DNA from: Camelus ferus
Lineage: Eukaryota
DNA length: 64,000 nucleotides
NCBI RefSeq assembly: GCF_009834535.1
Contig: NC_045697.1
Span: 2,854,001-2,918,000, forward strand
Reading direction: 5' to 3'
In this document: positions 10,359 to 23,720 of the stretch, piece after piece
Numbering within the stretch: the first letter of the stretch is position 1
How the letters are laid out: the number at the start of each line of letters is the position of its first letter
Program-made: the position numbers and the translations under genes
The notes under the pieces: model-generated
Told to the model about the DNA's origin: nothing
Seen by the model: only the letters and a program-made list of their open reading frames with translations
The model's database searches: none

Positions 10359-13300
10359 CTGCACTGGCAGAAAGAACCAGGTGCGTCAGTGAAGCCCAGA
10401 CACTGCCCAGAACCCCTGCCAGGGGTCAGTGCCCTTCGGGAATGCTCCAGGCACCCAGGTACTTGGGAGGGGGGGCTCACATGCCCTGAGAATGGTTAAT
10501 GCTGAGCTTCCTCACCTCCCATCACCAGGCCAGCCAAGAGGCTCAGAGAGGTCAGAACACTTGGCGTGGGCCACACAGCAGTGACATGAAGCTCAGGCTG
10601 GATCTGGGCTAGTCTCCCTGGGCCCCCGCCCTTTCTCTCATATACAGCAACGCCCTGTTGCGAGGAAACCATCCCCTACCCCTGGCCAGCTCTGGCCTGT
10701 CCCTCCAGGCCCTGGGTTAGCCCAGTGGCTGGACGAGGTTATAGCAGAAGCCCCTGGGTGGTCCCCTCTGAGGTGCCCCAGCCTGGCCATGGTGTGGCCC
10801 CCTCCTGGGTCATGCCGGGTTGCCGATGTCTGAGTCACCAGAGCCCCCCAACCGTGTCTGACTTGGCCAGGCCCCAGTCTGACTTGCCAGGCGGTTCACG
10901 AACTTCCCTGGAACCTTCTAGCTCAGATTTCTGCTGCCGTCAGCAGCGGGGCTGCAGCCTGCCAGGACCACAGGCCTGATGCCAGTGGGTGGCATGAGGC
11001 CCACTCCACTTTGGTCTCCCTGCTCCGGTATGTGCCGAGGTCTCCTGGGTCCCCGCCAGAGGCTGGCGCTATCTGGAACCCGCACTGCCCAGCACCACTT
11101 GTAACTGGCTCCCGGGGCCTGGATGGGGCTGAGCACCTCTGAGCTCCAGCTGTGTGGCTTCAGGCAAATCACTTACCCTCTCTGGGCCTTGACACCTCAT
11201 CTGAAACGCGAGACTGAAGATGCCTCTCCAATCCCCCTCCCCCAGGCCTGCGGGAATGCAGTGTGATTTGGAAACTGTGATGCTCCCTCCCTTGGGGACA
11301 AGGAGGTAGGGGAGCCCACCACCCTCTGGTCCCCAGTGTTGCTGAACAAGGAGAGCTCGCCCGTAAAGTCCAGCTTTGCAGCTGATGCTTCTCTTGGTGG
11401 TTGCTGGGAAGTGACTGAACATCAGGATGTGGTGAAAATCTGGTTTTCCAGGTCGTCCAAAGGGACAGAATGGAGCATGTTGGGTGCAGCAGCGGGGAGC
11501 CAGGCACAGGCCCACAGTCGGTGCCCCACGGACACCTGTGGACAGATGCAGCCCCACCCACAGCTGGACACACCTCCCCACCATCCAGGGTGGCAGCCAG
11601 GGCAGGGGTCATCAGCTCTGCCTTAAAGGCAGGGAAACTGAGGCTCAGTAAGGGGAAGACACTGCAAGTTCAACCAGAACCAGGCTCTGGAGCGGGGTCC
11701 TCCCCTCCCCCGTACCCACCCCCCACTGCCAAGGCCCCAACTGTGCGTTAAGCCTGAACTGGGGCTCGGGGCCTGGAGGAGAGTTTGCCTGGGGCTCTGT
11801 GGTCAGCGGAGGTGAGGAGGGCCCTTTCCACTGGCCCTGTGATGTCTGCCTCTTAAGCAGCCACGGAGGCTGCGGTCAGCATGAATGAAAGGCCACCTGT
11901 CCCCGGTGGCCAGAGACTGGCGCACTGCTGGCCACTTTGCGGCTCCTCGCTGATCAAACCAGGGGCCACCAGGGACCACCGTGCCCGGGAGCCCTCCTCC
12001 CGGAGGCAAAGCCAGTGGAAGGGTGGCATCTAAGGTTCAGAGGTCATGGTCACAGGCAGGGCCCACTCTGAAGCAGGGCTCTGCCAGTCCAGCACACACA
12101 GGTGCCTGTATGGTTATTTCCACGTGAGTTGCTCATAGTCCCTGAAACTCTGGAGGAGAAGCTACTGGTCAGCTGGTCCGTGGGGCTGAGCCCAGCTTTG
12201 CCTGCTGCACCCCAAGGCCCCGGGGAAACTGCATTTGTGCTCTATCTGCAAAAAAGAGGAAAGAAAGCCAGCCACCAGCCCTGCTGCCCCTTCCAGGTTC
12301 TGCTCTCTGGCAAAAGCTCTCCCGCCAGGCAATCCCTACGACACCAAGGTACCCGGAAGACCCCAGGCAGGGGGAGGACTTGGCAGGGTCAGCAGCTTTC
12401 CCAAGCACACCAGTCCTGGATTTACTCTGCCTACCGTGCTGTGCTGGGGCAGGCGTGGCCCGCTGGGTGAGGCCAGGTGTCACCTTCCCTGCTGTGTAAC
12501 CTGTAGGGGCCACTCACCCCCAGTCTCTACTCCATCACCCACTACTCTGTGCCTCCACCCACAGGGACTGCTCCCCAATTCTCCCTACCGTGATGCTCCA
12601 GGCTGTCCCAGATGCAGCTCCAGTCCCACTTCCTCCAGGCAGTCTCCCTGGTAGGCTTCTCCCAGCCCTCTTTGGGGCTCCCAACATAATGCCTCGCCCA
12701 TCCATTTGCCCTTGCAGGGAGTGTATTAAATCCATGCCTGCTGAGTGCCACCTGTGTGTGCACCCCATGCTGGGGACAGGCCAGTGAGCAGCAAGGCATA
12801 GCACTGGGTGACCCATGATGGGACAGGGGAAGACACAGGTGAGATGGGGGACTCCAGGGGTGGCCCTGATCCAGGCTTGGAAGAGCACACTGGGAGGGGA
12901 TCAGAGATGCAGAGACACAGCCTCACTCATGAGGGCGGCTGCGGGAAGATTCAGCCAACTCCACACCGGGCTCTGGGTGAGTAAGACAGAGGAGGAACCA
13001 GAGCGTCCCATCAGAAGAGGCTGCTGGTTACCACGTGCCTTGCTCCCAGATCTCAGAGACTCCACCCCTTCCGGCACGTCGGGCACCCCCTGGGGGACCC
13101 GGCCCTGGCACGGCAGGCCTAGAGCATCCCCGGCTGCGCAGGCTGCTGGGGAGCCGACCCGGCCGCGGAGAGCGCGATGGCACGGCGGCCTCCCTCCAGG
13201 TGCGTTTCTTTCCAGTGTGTCCTCTCTGGAGATCACTTAGAATAGGCGACACTCAATTTCAGATGTGATGATTTAAACACAAAACCCTCTGGAAAATATT

Positions 13301-14694
13301 CGTAGGTCAAAGGCTGGCAGGAAATACCCGAAAGCACCTCGCGGTGGGCATTGTGGGCAGAGGCAGAGTTGTGAGGGGTTCTGTTTCTTTTGCGACTGTC
13401 CGCATGCTCTCCCACAGGCAAGTTACACAGACGCATAGGAGAAACCGAAGGGAGGGAGGAAGGCCTGGCGGGGCTGTGAGCCGGGCCGGGGCCGGGCTGC
13501 GAAACAGCAGAAGGTCAGGCTGTGTCCCCCAGCGCCCCCGCTAGGCGGCTGTGTGCCCCATCGCCCCCCGCTAGGCAGGCGGCAGGGCCCTGGGGGTGCA
13601 GGGCCACAGGCGGTCTGAGGAGAAGCCAGACGGGCTCACCTCCCACCCAGGCAGCAGCTCCTTTGGGACACAGACGTGTCTAGATCCCCCACAGACCAGC
13701 AGTGACCAGCACAGGCAGGCCCCACAGCAGCCCCCGAGAGGGAGGGAGGGTGGTGGGGAGGCCTGACCCCATCTGATCCAGCACACAGTAGGTCTGCAAA
13801 CAACACCGCAAAGAACATGCTTCAGCCTGTTAACCAAGTCTTGCAAGGAGCAGCCTCACAAGAGCACAGTCAGTGGCCCCTTCTGTGTCCCAGGAATCAG
13901 GCTGCAGGCAAAGATGGTTCAGGGTGGAGACAGGCCAGGCACTAGCCCCAGGTCCCGTGGACTTCAGAGCCCGAGCCTCCCCTGACCCCGGGGCCTGGGG
14001 CTCCCCCGTGGAGCTCCCGGGTCAGACAGCTGCTGGTGACATAGGCCCTTCCAGGCCCTGCCCCTTTAAGCCGGCGAGGTGGGTGGTGGGGAGGGGGTGG
14101 GGGTGGGACAGGGCCTGTTTCCTGGGCCTCCTCCCCACACACAGATGAATCATCCCATGAATCAGTGGGAAGAGAAGACGCGGTTCCCACCGCCTCTTTC
14201 CACATGAAAACCTTGGGCCCCACGGCTGGGAGGCAGACTCTGTTTATTTGGGGGTTTTGACAACCCTCACCCTCGCCCTGTCCTGGAGCCAAAGTTCTGA
14301 AGTCAACAGTCAGTCTTGACCAGATTCAGCTGTTCGTATTTTTTCCGTTTGTTTGTTTGTTTTCAAAAATAAACGGTAATCCACAGGTCTTGGAAGTTTT
14401 AGTCAGGAGGAACTTGACAGAGCAAAGCAATCAGGGCCAGGTGTCCAGTGGCGCCGCCCGGGAGAGGAAGGGGCACCGCCAGGGCGGAAAGAGACCAGGA
14501 GAAGAGCCAGCAGGAAGCCAACTGGGGCTCGGGGCCCCACCTCCAATATTTCTGTACAGTGCACCTTCCAGGAGGGCTGAGGGACAGTGGCACACCCTGG
14601 AAGAGGACCTACTATGTGCTGGCTCTGGACAGTCATGACTGCTATGAAACAGATGGGGAAACTGAGGCCCAGACACCCTGTAGGGCCACTCTCT

Positions 14695-14795
14695 ACTGTT
14701 GCACAGGCTGTATACTGCACAATTCTAGAATGATTATTAACAAAGATCATAGCGTGACTACCTCCCTTGGGATTGTGCAGTGCACAACCTGCTTA
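14695..14795. mobile_element. MER91-like palindromic hAT-Tip100 relic
   Basis: Inverted repeat GCACAGGCTGTATACTGCACAAT ... ATTGTGCAGTGCACAACCTGC. A second half-copy GGTTGTGCACTGCACAAC lies at about 16636-16653. Confidence 0.55.
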
Positions 14796-16389
14796 ACTGT
14801 CTGCGTTACCCCTCCAGCATACAATGGGCAGACCCAAGACTGAGACCCAGTTCTAACCCTCTAACTCCAAGGTCAGTGTTCCCTTCTTCTGTTGTCTCCT
14901 GCAATCAGAATACTCACCTCCATCACCCAGTGGTTAGGTAAGAGGTAGAGATGGAGGGAGCGTCAGCAGATGCCCACGAGGTCCTAGGCTGTGCCTACCT
15001 GTCTGTGACGCTGACTACAGCCTGCAGGCCAGATGGCAACCTCTCAGCAGGGCACCCAAGGACCTCGGTGTCCAGGTCCCATTTACATCTGCAGCCTCAC
15101 TACTGCTGCTGCCACCCCCCATCCCGTATCTTCAGCTCCAGTTCCCCAAGCACACGTGCTCTGAAGCATTCCCCCACCTCTGCAGTCAGTCCCTCAGGCC
15201 AACATACCTCCCCTGGGAGCCCGCCCCGACTGGACAGGCTCAGTGACCGAGCTCTCTGTCTGGGGCCCACGGCACCTCGTGACCCTTCTCAAAGCTGTCC
15301 CTTGGGCCTGCCCCTATGGCCTGGGCACCCCTGACCCACTGCGGTGAGCAGAGAGCTGCGGGAGAATGAGTGAATTGTGTGGGTGGGCACGCGGTCCCAG
15401 GGGCCCCTCCACAGCCACTCGCCTCCACCCCAGGCCCCCCCCACCTTGAGGGGCAGCCTTTGAAGCCCCAGGAGCCGCCTTCCGGGCTAATTAGTTCCCA
15501 GGATGGCTCCCTGCCTGTGTTTTTCTTTCTCTTGAAAACTGGCCTGTCCCTGAATGAACTGTCTCCCCCCAGCCAAGGACAGTGGCTTCTGATCCCGCTG
15601 TGGCTCCTGGGGTTGGGGGAGGGGTGATGCCACTGTCTGCAACCCCCAGGCTCCTGTCCCCAGAACACAGGGCCGAGGGCTGCAGCCCGGGATTCCCTCT
15701 CCAGGGGCCAAGCCAGCCGGGGCTCCGGGCACTTATGCTGTGAGTTCCCACAGCAGCTCTGCCAGCTCACCCATTTTACAGGAGAGGGAGTAGGCTCAGA
15801 GAGGCCAGAAGACCCACCAGGACCCGCAGCCAGGTCCCCTGAACTCCCACCCCGGGTACTACTCTCACTCCATGCTGGTCCTCACCCAGTATGATTGGCT
15901 GTCCTGCCCCGAGGAGAGCCCAGACCCGGCCAGTCCTCAGCTTGGAGCCAGCCTGGCTCCTCTGGCCATGAACTCCACTGGGGCTGCAGCCAACCCTGTG
16001 GAGGAGAGGGCTCTGCCACCAGCTTGTTCGTGCTTTATCAGAGGGGTCCCACAGGCCAGGCAGGACTCCAGGCCTCCCACAGGGCCACCCAAGCCATGGA
16101 AGCCAAAGTGGGTCAGCCTCTGACCCTCCTCTTACAGGAAGCCCTCCTTGCCCTGACTGGTCCGTTAGTTGACTCCTCTGGGCTCAGGCTCTTTAGCCTT
16201 GACACGCCGGTGGAACTCCTGTGGGCAGGGTCTGGCATGTGGGAGCCCCTCCCCCTGCAAACACTGCCTTCCAGCTCCTTCCCTTCCTCAACTGCCCCGC
16301 CTTCCTCCCTCAAACTCCATTTATGTGAGAAATGTCCACTTGTCAATATTTAGGTTTGTTTGCACTAACCTCCATTACCCCTTACACTG

Positions 16390-16540
16390 TGCAAAGTGCT
16401 TTAAATTCATTATCTCACTGATCGTCCAATGACCCTGTGAGGAGGGTACCACCACTGTCCCCATTTCACAGATGAGGAGACTGACGTGCAGAGAGCTGAA
16501 ACTTGCAGGGTTTTGCCATGGTAAGTGCTAAAACTGGGAC
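16390..16540 (+). mobile_element. MIR SINE relic (one of many)
   Basis: CCCATTTCACAGATGAGGAGACTGA core. Similar cores occur at about 7725, 14650, 28880, 31195-31295, 46165 and 54150. Confidence 0.6.
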
Positions 16541-19500
16541 TCATCCCTGAGCAGCCGGATGAGGGGAACCAAACTGGGTCTCAGCCCTCACTCAGACCAT
16601 TCTGTACCAGAGGGGCTAAAGCATACAATTGGAAAGGTTGTGCACTGCACAACTTGGAGGCCACTTGCTACCTCTGCACCAGAACGGGTGTTCAGTTCAG
16701 GGCACACACACTCATGTCCTGACCACACCTTTGCTACACTGAGGACATGGGGTCTGTAACTTTATTCTATTTTCAACTTCTTTATTCAACACTTTTGTGA
16801 AACCCAAGATGGGAGGCCACTTCCTCAAGGTGCTGGAGGCCTGGGTAGCATGCAGCATGCTAGACGGAAAGTCAGGGGGACCCGGGCTCAAGGCAGAGCT
16901 GTCTGTCCCCACTTGATGACCTTCGGGCAGCCCACTGAACCCTGATGAGTCTTTTCTGCTAAAGGTCCATGACAAAAACACCCAGACACCGTGTGTGTTT
17001 AGCCTGGAGCACAGGTCTTGCCCTTGACCTTGCTAAAACATGGTGGCTTCTCTTCCTCAAAGCAGACCCAGGAGGAGGCGGACTTCAGACCCTCTGGCAG
17101 GACACACAGCTCGCTCGGCCAGCCCCCGCCCACTCCCTCATCCGGTCTGCACAAACCCCACACCTCCAGGGAGCCAAGTGACTCTCTGCTTGGCCTCAAG
17201 TTTCCCCAGAGCTCCCAGCCGCTGAGGGGTACATGTCAGGCCAGGTGGACAAAGCCAGGGGGTCGAGCCTGGCACAGCCCAGCTCCAGCTCACCCAGCGC
17301 AGCGCTTGCAGTGTGACAGAGTTGCAGCAGCTCTGTTCATCCCCAAAGTGTCCGGGTGTTTCCTCTGGGGACCCCTTGGATGTGGCCATGATGGCAAGGA
17401 CAGGACTTGGGATTTGGGCTGGGTAGGGGTGGGGCTCCACTGGCCTCGCAGGTCCTGGAGTTCCCCCTACAGTCTGCAGAGGTGATGAGACCACTGCCCC
17501 GTACTGAACCAAGGCCACCCCTTCTCATGACACAAGCATAGCAACGCTGCCACCAACACATGGACAGGGCCATTCATCAGCCAGGCTCTTTCCAGGGAAC
17601 CCCATCCCCCACTGGACACCCTTCTTACCAGAGCCTCCCACCAGAAGCTAATCTGAACTCACCAACTTGTCTCTCCAAACCTGCTCCTCCGGTGCCCCGC
17701 CTCCAGGCAAGGCCCCCCATCCATCCACCCTGCCCCCCCACACCCATCAGGCATGAGATCTTAATGCCTCTGGAGCCCCTCCCCCTCACTGTCACCCTAG
17801 CTCCAGCCTCATCAGTTCTCCCTGCCCAGGGAACTGGACTCCCTCCAGCTGGGCCCATGTACCCACTCTGCACACCTGCACACACATAAGCCCTCCTGAA
17901 GATGAGTCACCCTCACAGTTCCTCCACCCGGTACCAGCCTATGCTCAGCATTTCCTGCTGTCCTCCTCTGCACAGACTCTCTTTGGGTCTACCTCGCCAT
18001 GGCTGTTAGATGCCACCTCCTCCAGGAAGCCCTCCTGATCTACCCTTCTCCCCATCCTGGAGATGGGTTCTCCCTCCCCTGAGTTCCTCACATTGTCCTC
18101 TGTCCCTCACAACACAGGATCAGGGATTCCACAGGGACTTGGCTGGTGGTGGTGATGGTGCGCAGGAAACAGAGGACAGAACGTACTGAGCCTGCAGGCC
18201 ATGTCAGAAGTTGTGCTTGGTCCTGAAGACAGTGGGATTCATGGCTGGGCTTTGAGCAGGGGAGATCCGAGTCTCATACTGCCCCTTTGGACCAGTGTTT
18301 GGAGGTGCATGGGAAGGGAGAAGCCCCTGGAAGACAGACCAGAGTGGGTGCTGTGGGATCCCAGTGCACCTCCAGACCAGCTTAGGGAGCGTGGAGGGTG
18401 AGGGTGCTTTCCAGGCCAAGCCCTGGCAGGGAAGGGACAGCTGCACCGCACTCTGGGCCTCAAGCTCCTCTTGGCTGGACTCCTGGCTCCCAGGAGCCTT
18501 GGCGCTGGGAACTCCTGAGTCCTCAGGAGCCACCAGATGCTGCCACTCAGTGCTGCTATCAGGGTGGGGGAGCGAGAGGAATACGGATGCCTGATTCCTG
18601 AATGCAGAATTCCAAGACTTGCCAGGCCGGGAAGCTGCTAAGAGGATTAAAAATAAAAAACTAACCAAAGCTCTTAAATAAACAGAACTGAGAGACTCCG
18701 CAGGAACGTGCTCTGGAGTTGTACAATAATCACCGACAATTAAATGCCACGTTGCGAACTGCTCAGGGCTCGAAATTCTGATCAACTGCACGCTCGAAGG
18801 CCTGTTTGCCTGCAGTTGTAGGCAGAGAGGCCGTGAGGATCTCCGGGCTCTGGCTGAGCGAAGAGGGAAACCTCTGCTCTGCACAGACCCTCTGAACACC
18901 TTTCTCTGGGCTTCACTACTTCATTGATGGATATTCACCCACACTGGGCAGCAGCTCGGCCTGCCACGGGGATGCGAGCACGTGAGGGCTCCCTGGATGG
19001 CTGGCGGGCCCATCCCTGGGAGCATCAGGACGGTCGCACACTATGTGGGTGCACCTTTCATTCCGTAGCACCTACTGAGCCCAGGCCCTGGACCAAGCCC
19101 AGCAGGGCACGAACAGACAAGACCTCCACCTTGTGAGCCTCAGAGCCTGGTGAGGATGGAGATAAGGCAAGTCATCGAGGAGCTGGGAGGGGCCCAGAGT
19201 AGCCTCCAAGGTGCACTCATGAGGCTAATAAAGGGGCTTACCCAGGTGGTCAGGGAGGGCAGCTCAGCAGTGGTGGGACATCTAGGCCAAGGCAGGATGA
19301 GGATTGGCCCCATGAAGGTGAGGAAATGGGACTTTCAGGCAACGGGCACAATGTGTGCAAAGGCCCTGAGGTAGAAAGGAGACCAGTGTGGCTGGAGCAC
19401 AGAGGATGGGATGGTGTTGGAGGGGTGGGCAGGGCCAGATGACAGAGGACCTTGGGGGTCAGGGTCAGTGTTGGGGAGCTGCCAAAGGGATCCCACCTGC

Positions 19501-22500
19501 CATGGGCAGGACGGATTCATCAAGGTCATCCTGGCTGCTGGGTGAAGAAGTGATCCAATGGAGGATGAAGGAGATGGGGGAGGTCAGTGTGGACAGCATT
19601 GCTGGGGGACCCAGCAGCGGTGGCTGCTGCAGGGATGTTTCCAGGTTGAGCTGAGGACTCTCCTGCTGATGGGAGGTGGGGAGTGAGGGAAAGAGAAGGG
19701 TCAAAAGTGACCAAGGCTTCTGACCTAACCTTCCTAGGGGTGGTCTTGTTGGCTGAAGGCCACGGCCAGCTGAGACACACAAGACTCCAGCTCAGGGAAG
19801 AGTGGGGCTGGAGACAGGATCCCTAGTCAGCAGCACCCGGCGTTTCTGGAGGCTGTGAGGGTAGAGCTGGCAGGACTTCTGTCCACAGGGAAATGCCAGA
19901 GTGGGCAGCACCATGCCCGCTGCTACGTATGCACATCACTTGTGACTTCCGGCCAGGCCCTGGGGAGGGGGGCAGCACTGTCAGTGACACTCTATGGAGG
20001 ATGAGCCCACTGTGGCTGGAGACCTGACCCTGGCCCCTCAGCTTGGGGACCTCGCTGCCCCTGTCTGCAGGAGAAAGCCGAGGACCTGCAACAGCAAAGC
20101 TTTCACAGCCAGCCAGCTCCAGGCCAGGCCTGACTGTCATTTCCCGGCCGAGAGACCTCAGCCAAGTCACTTGGCCTTTGCCTGCCTCAGTGAGCACATC
20201 CGTGATGCATGAGTAAGGAACAGATTCACAGCAGCAAATGAGACAGCGCCAGGGAGAGCGCGGTATCAGCACGAATCCACAAGGACTGGACTCTGCACGT
20301 GCAGCCCCACGGAAACCTGGGTGTCTGAGGTCCCTGTGCCTGGGTGAATGCACAGGAGCGAGGGTGGGGTCACATACAGACCTCGGGCCACAGTGTGAAT
20401 GGAGCTCGCGGGAACCTGGACCTGTCTCCCCCTCCCTTGTGCAGGGAGCCCTCCCCTCCCGCCCCTCCTCGGTGGCCCAGCTACCTTGCCCCTTGGGCTC
20501 TGGCAGCAGCAGGGCTAGTGGGACCCTGCGCCTGTGTGGCCAGTCCATCTGCCTCTGCTTCGCTCCTGCCCCCTCCACCCTCCCCAGCCTTCGCCCAGAG
20601 AGCTCTCAGGCGCCTCCCCGGCCTTTCCAGATGAAGGGAACCGGCGGTGGCGGAGCCGTCATCGTGATAACAGGGCAAGAAGTAAGAAGCACTCTGTCGA
20701 CTGCTCGTCGGAGGCACGTGCCTGTGCACCAGGGTCGTGGATCCTCACCACGGCTCTCCCCGCAGCTGCTACTGTCGCCCCACTTTACAGCAGAGGAAAT
20801 TGGGGCAGGAACTTGCAGACGGCCGCCCCATTAGCAAAAAGCACAGGGACAGCCCCAGCCATGACCTCACGCTCCAGCCGCTTCCCCTGATGAGCCGTCT
20901 GTGCCGGTGTGTCGGCATCAGGCCACTGTCCTCTTCTCACCCCCCGTGTGCCCCCACCATCTGAGTTTCTCCAGGGCACAGGTGGGGTCTGTCTCATTAC
21001 AGTGGCCTTGTCACCAGCTCAGGGCCAGCAGGACACGCAGAGAAGGTGCTTCACAAACGTAGACTCCATCCGTTAAGAACGAAGGTTTCAGAACGTCTAG
21101 ACCACCTCCAACCTCCCCGCCAGCCCCGCCCCCGGGCACGGAGCCCTGCTCTAAGCCTCCGATACCTGGGGGAGTCGGCATTCGGGAAGGGCCCACAGAC
21201 ACAACCAAGCTGCAGTGGGCAGTGCCAGGCCCACCGCGAGCCCTCTGCCTCCCAGACCTCCCGGCACAGCCTCAGATGGGCCTGCTGTTTCCGTGCCCCA
21301 AGCCAGAGGCTGCAGTGGGCACTCAGCAAGCGGGGACGCCCACCTCCGTGACCCTGAGTGGCACCCTGCTCCCGGCCCTCGGCCTCCTGGCACAGTCAAA
21401 ACACAAGTCTGACCTTACCACCCTCACTTCTCTTAAAACCCTTCAATGGCTCTCCCATACCGTCATGGTTAATCCCACGCACTGCTTCCCAAACTGGGCT
21501 CCCCGGAATGCCGGTGTGCCGGGGGAGGTCATGTGTTCTGCCAGGGAAGAGTTCTCCATTGAAGTTCTCTTGGGAAAGCCTGGGTTTTATCATTTTGTGG
21601 TTTTTTTTTTCACTTGCTGCAGATTTTCTCCGGAGCTTGACAGACTCAAGCGTAGTGTGAATCCCCACTGCAGGGATGGTGTCTGCTTTCCTGAGTGTTT
21701 TGAGCCACAGGACACTTTTTTTCAGAATCCCAGACAGGATTTGGGAAGCCTCGCCAACAGGATGAAGGCTAAGGCATGACGTTTACAGGCCGCCTGTGGC
21801 CTCATCCCTGCGATCCTGCCACCCAGCCTTGGGTATCTCCCCTGGTACATGCACACACGCTTTCCCTGCACGGCGGCTGCTCTGGGCACCTGCTCTTCCC
21901 GGCTCAGCTCGCCCCACACAGCAAGGCCTCCACGTGGTGGTGCACGTTGTCCCCTCTTCCCAGAAAGCCTCCCTCTCCCTGGGGGGGGGGACGGGTCCTC
22001 ATCCTTGAAGATTCAGCTTAGATGCCCCTGGTCTCTGAAGGCTTCCCGGCACCCCAGGCGGCCCTGCTCCCCGCAGTGCTCCCAGGTCCCCTGGAGCCTG
22101 TCCTGGTGGGTAGCATCTCCCGTGCTGCCGTGGCCTGGGGGACTCACCTCCCATCACAGTGAACTCAGGGCCCAGCGCAGGTTGCGGAGCTGCGAGTATG
22201 TGTTGGACCAGTGCTGGAGCCTGCCTTCCTAAGAGATGCCCCAAACTAACAAGAGTACAGCAAGGTCTTCCAGCTTTTTCTTCCCGGCTCAAGGTCAATC
22301 TTTGTGGCAAGAAGCAACCCAGAGCCAACTCCAGGTTAGAGGAGGCTGTTCTGAGGTTTGAAGGGAATGAGAAATTTCCTAACCCAACACTCATCCCCAT
22401 GGGACCCCAAGCAGTCCAGAGACCCCCTCCACGTTTGCTCACCACTCCTAAACAGCCCTCCAGAGACATGCATTTTAAATGCAGTGAAAAAAGAAAGAAA

Positions 22501-22904
22501 ACACCACATGTTGCTCTATTAGTGCCACTTAGATATCCAGACTGGATATTTAAGTCCAGAAAAGATTTCTTTGTTTGCACCCAGCACCCGGGCAGAGCAG
22601 GGGATACAGGGACCTGTGAGAATAAGACCCAAGACGGGTAAGTTTTGATGAGTCCAGAAGCTGGAGAAATGTACAGCTAGACCAGCCCCTTGGGGCGGCC
22701 AGAAAAGCACTGCGCTTCATTTTTGACTACTTCTGTGACCTTGGGGACAGCAGTTTACCTCTCTGGGTCTCAGTTTCCCCACCTGGAAGACCAGAAGGCT
22801 GCTTAGATGATTTCTAGAAGAAATCATCACTTGTGCCCAGAGACGGCGGCCCTCGAGGCTCTGCCCTAGCTCTGAGCCTCAGTTTCCCCGGGAGAAGGCT
22901 TGTT

Positions 22905-22973
22905 CCACCCCTGCGCTGCCATCAGTCCCACCCCTGCGCTGCCATCAGTCCCACCCCCGCGCTGCCATCAGCC
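22905..22973. repeat. 3 x 23-bp minisatellite at the start of HTRA3 intron 1
   Basis: CCACCCCTGCGCTGCCATCAGTC x2 exact, plus CCACCCCCGCGCTGCCATCAGCC. Confidence 0.92.
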
Positions 22974-23720
22974 CCAGCCCGAGCGCTTACCCGATGGGCA
23001 GGCGCCCTTCTGCAGCTGGCGCACAGGCGTCCCGGAGAGCTGCAGCGCGCGGCGGCTGGCCGCCTGCAGCGCGCACACGTTGGCATAGGTGTGCCCGTCG
23101 GTGCCGCACACGGCGTGCGCCCAGCGGCAGCGACACACACCGCGCGCGCACTCCAGGCTCTCCCCGCACGGCGAGTCGACGGGGCGGCCGCATGGCTCGC
23201 CCTCGACGGCGGCGCACACCAGACAGCAGTTGCAGAGGTCGGGCACGTAGCCACCAGGGCAGCGGGGGCTGGGGCACCGCGACACGTCGCAGCGCGTGGG
23301 GCACGACGCGGCCAGGGGCTCCCGGGACAGCGCCAGCGCGGCCAGCGCGGCCAGGAGCAGCGCCCGCGCCTGCATGGCGGATGGGCCGGGGGCGGGCGGC
23401 AGCGCGGGGGACCAGCCAGGGGGACACCAAAGCGTCTCCGGGCGCCTACGGAGGGAGCGGGGGCGGGAGCGCAGCCACACGCGCCGGAGGCTCAGGAGGG
23501 AGGGCTCCGGGACCGCAGGGACATGCCCGGGGCGCGGGGACGCGGGGGACCGGAGAAGCTCCGGCTCCCTCCTGGGCCGACGGTCTGCGGGCAGCGGCCC
23601 AGCCGCATTTAAAGGCGCTGGCCGCCGCCCTCGCTGGAAGGGGGCGGCCCGACCCCTCCGCCAGCCCCGCCCCGGCCCAACCGCCCCCGCCCGGCCTTCC
23701 GGCTAGGACCCACCCAGCGG
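22950..23720 (-). promoter_or_regulatory. HTRA3: HTRA3 CpG island and promoter
   Basis: Dense CpG over exon 1 and upstream; TATA-like TTTAAA at 23608-23613; clustered GC boxes (GGGGCGG / CCCCGCCCC) at about 23641-23692. The inferred TSS is near 23580. Confidence 0.8.
22991..23375 (-). CDS. HTRA3: HTRA3 coding exon 1: signal peptide, IGFBP-like and Kazal domains
   Basis: ATG at 23375 (GCC-ATG-C). Reads MQARALLLAALAALALSREPLAASCPTRCDVSRCPSPRCPGGYVPDLCNCCLVCAA...VCGTDGHTYANVCALQAASRRALQLSGTPVRQLQKGACPS. Donor G|GTAAG at 22990; 385 bp, phase 1. Confidence 0.97.

Noticed and set aside
22905..22973. Short direct repeats as a CRISPR-like array (also 24815-24931 and 51234-51350)
   Set aside because: Mammalian DNA, no cas genes, no regular unique spacers; these are minisatellites or LTR U3 repeats.
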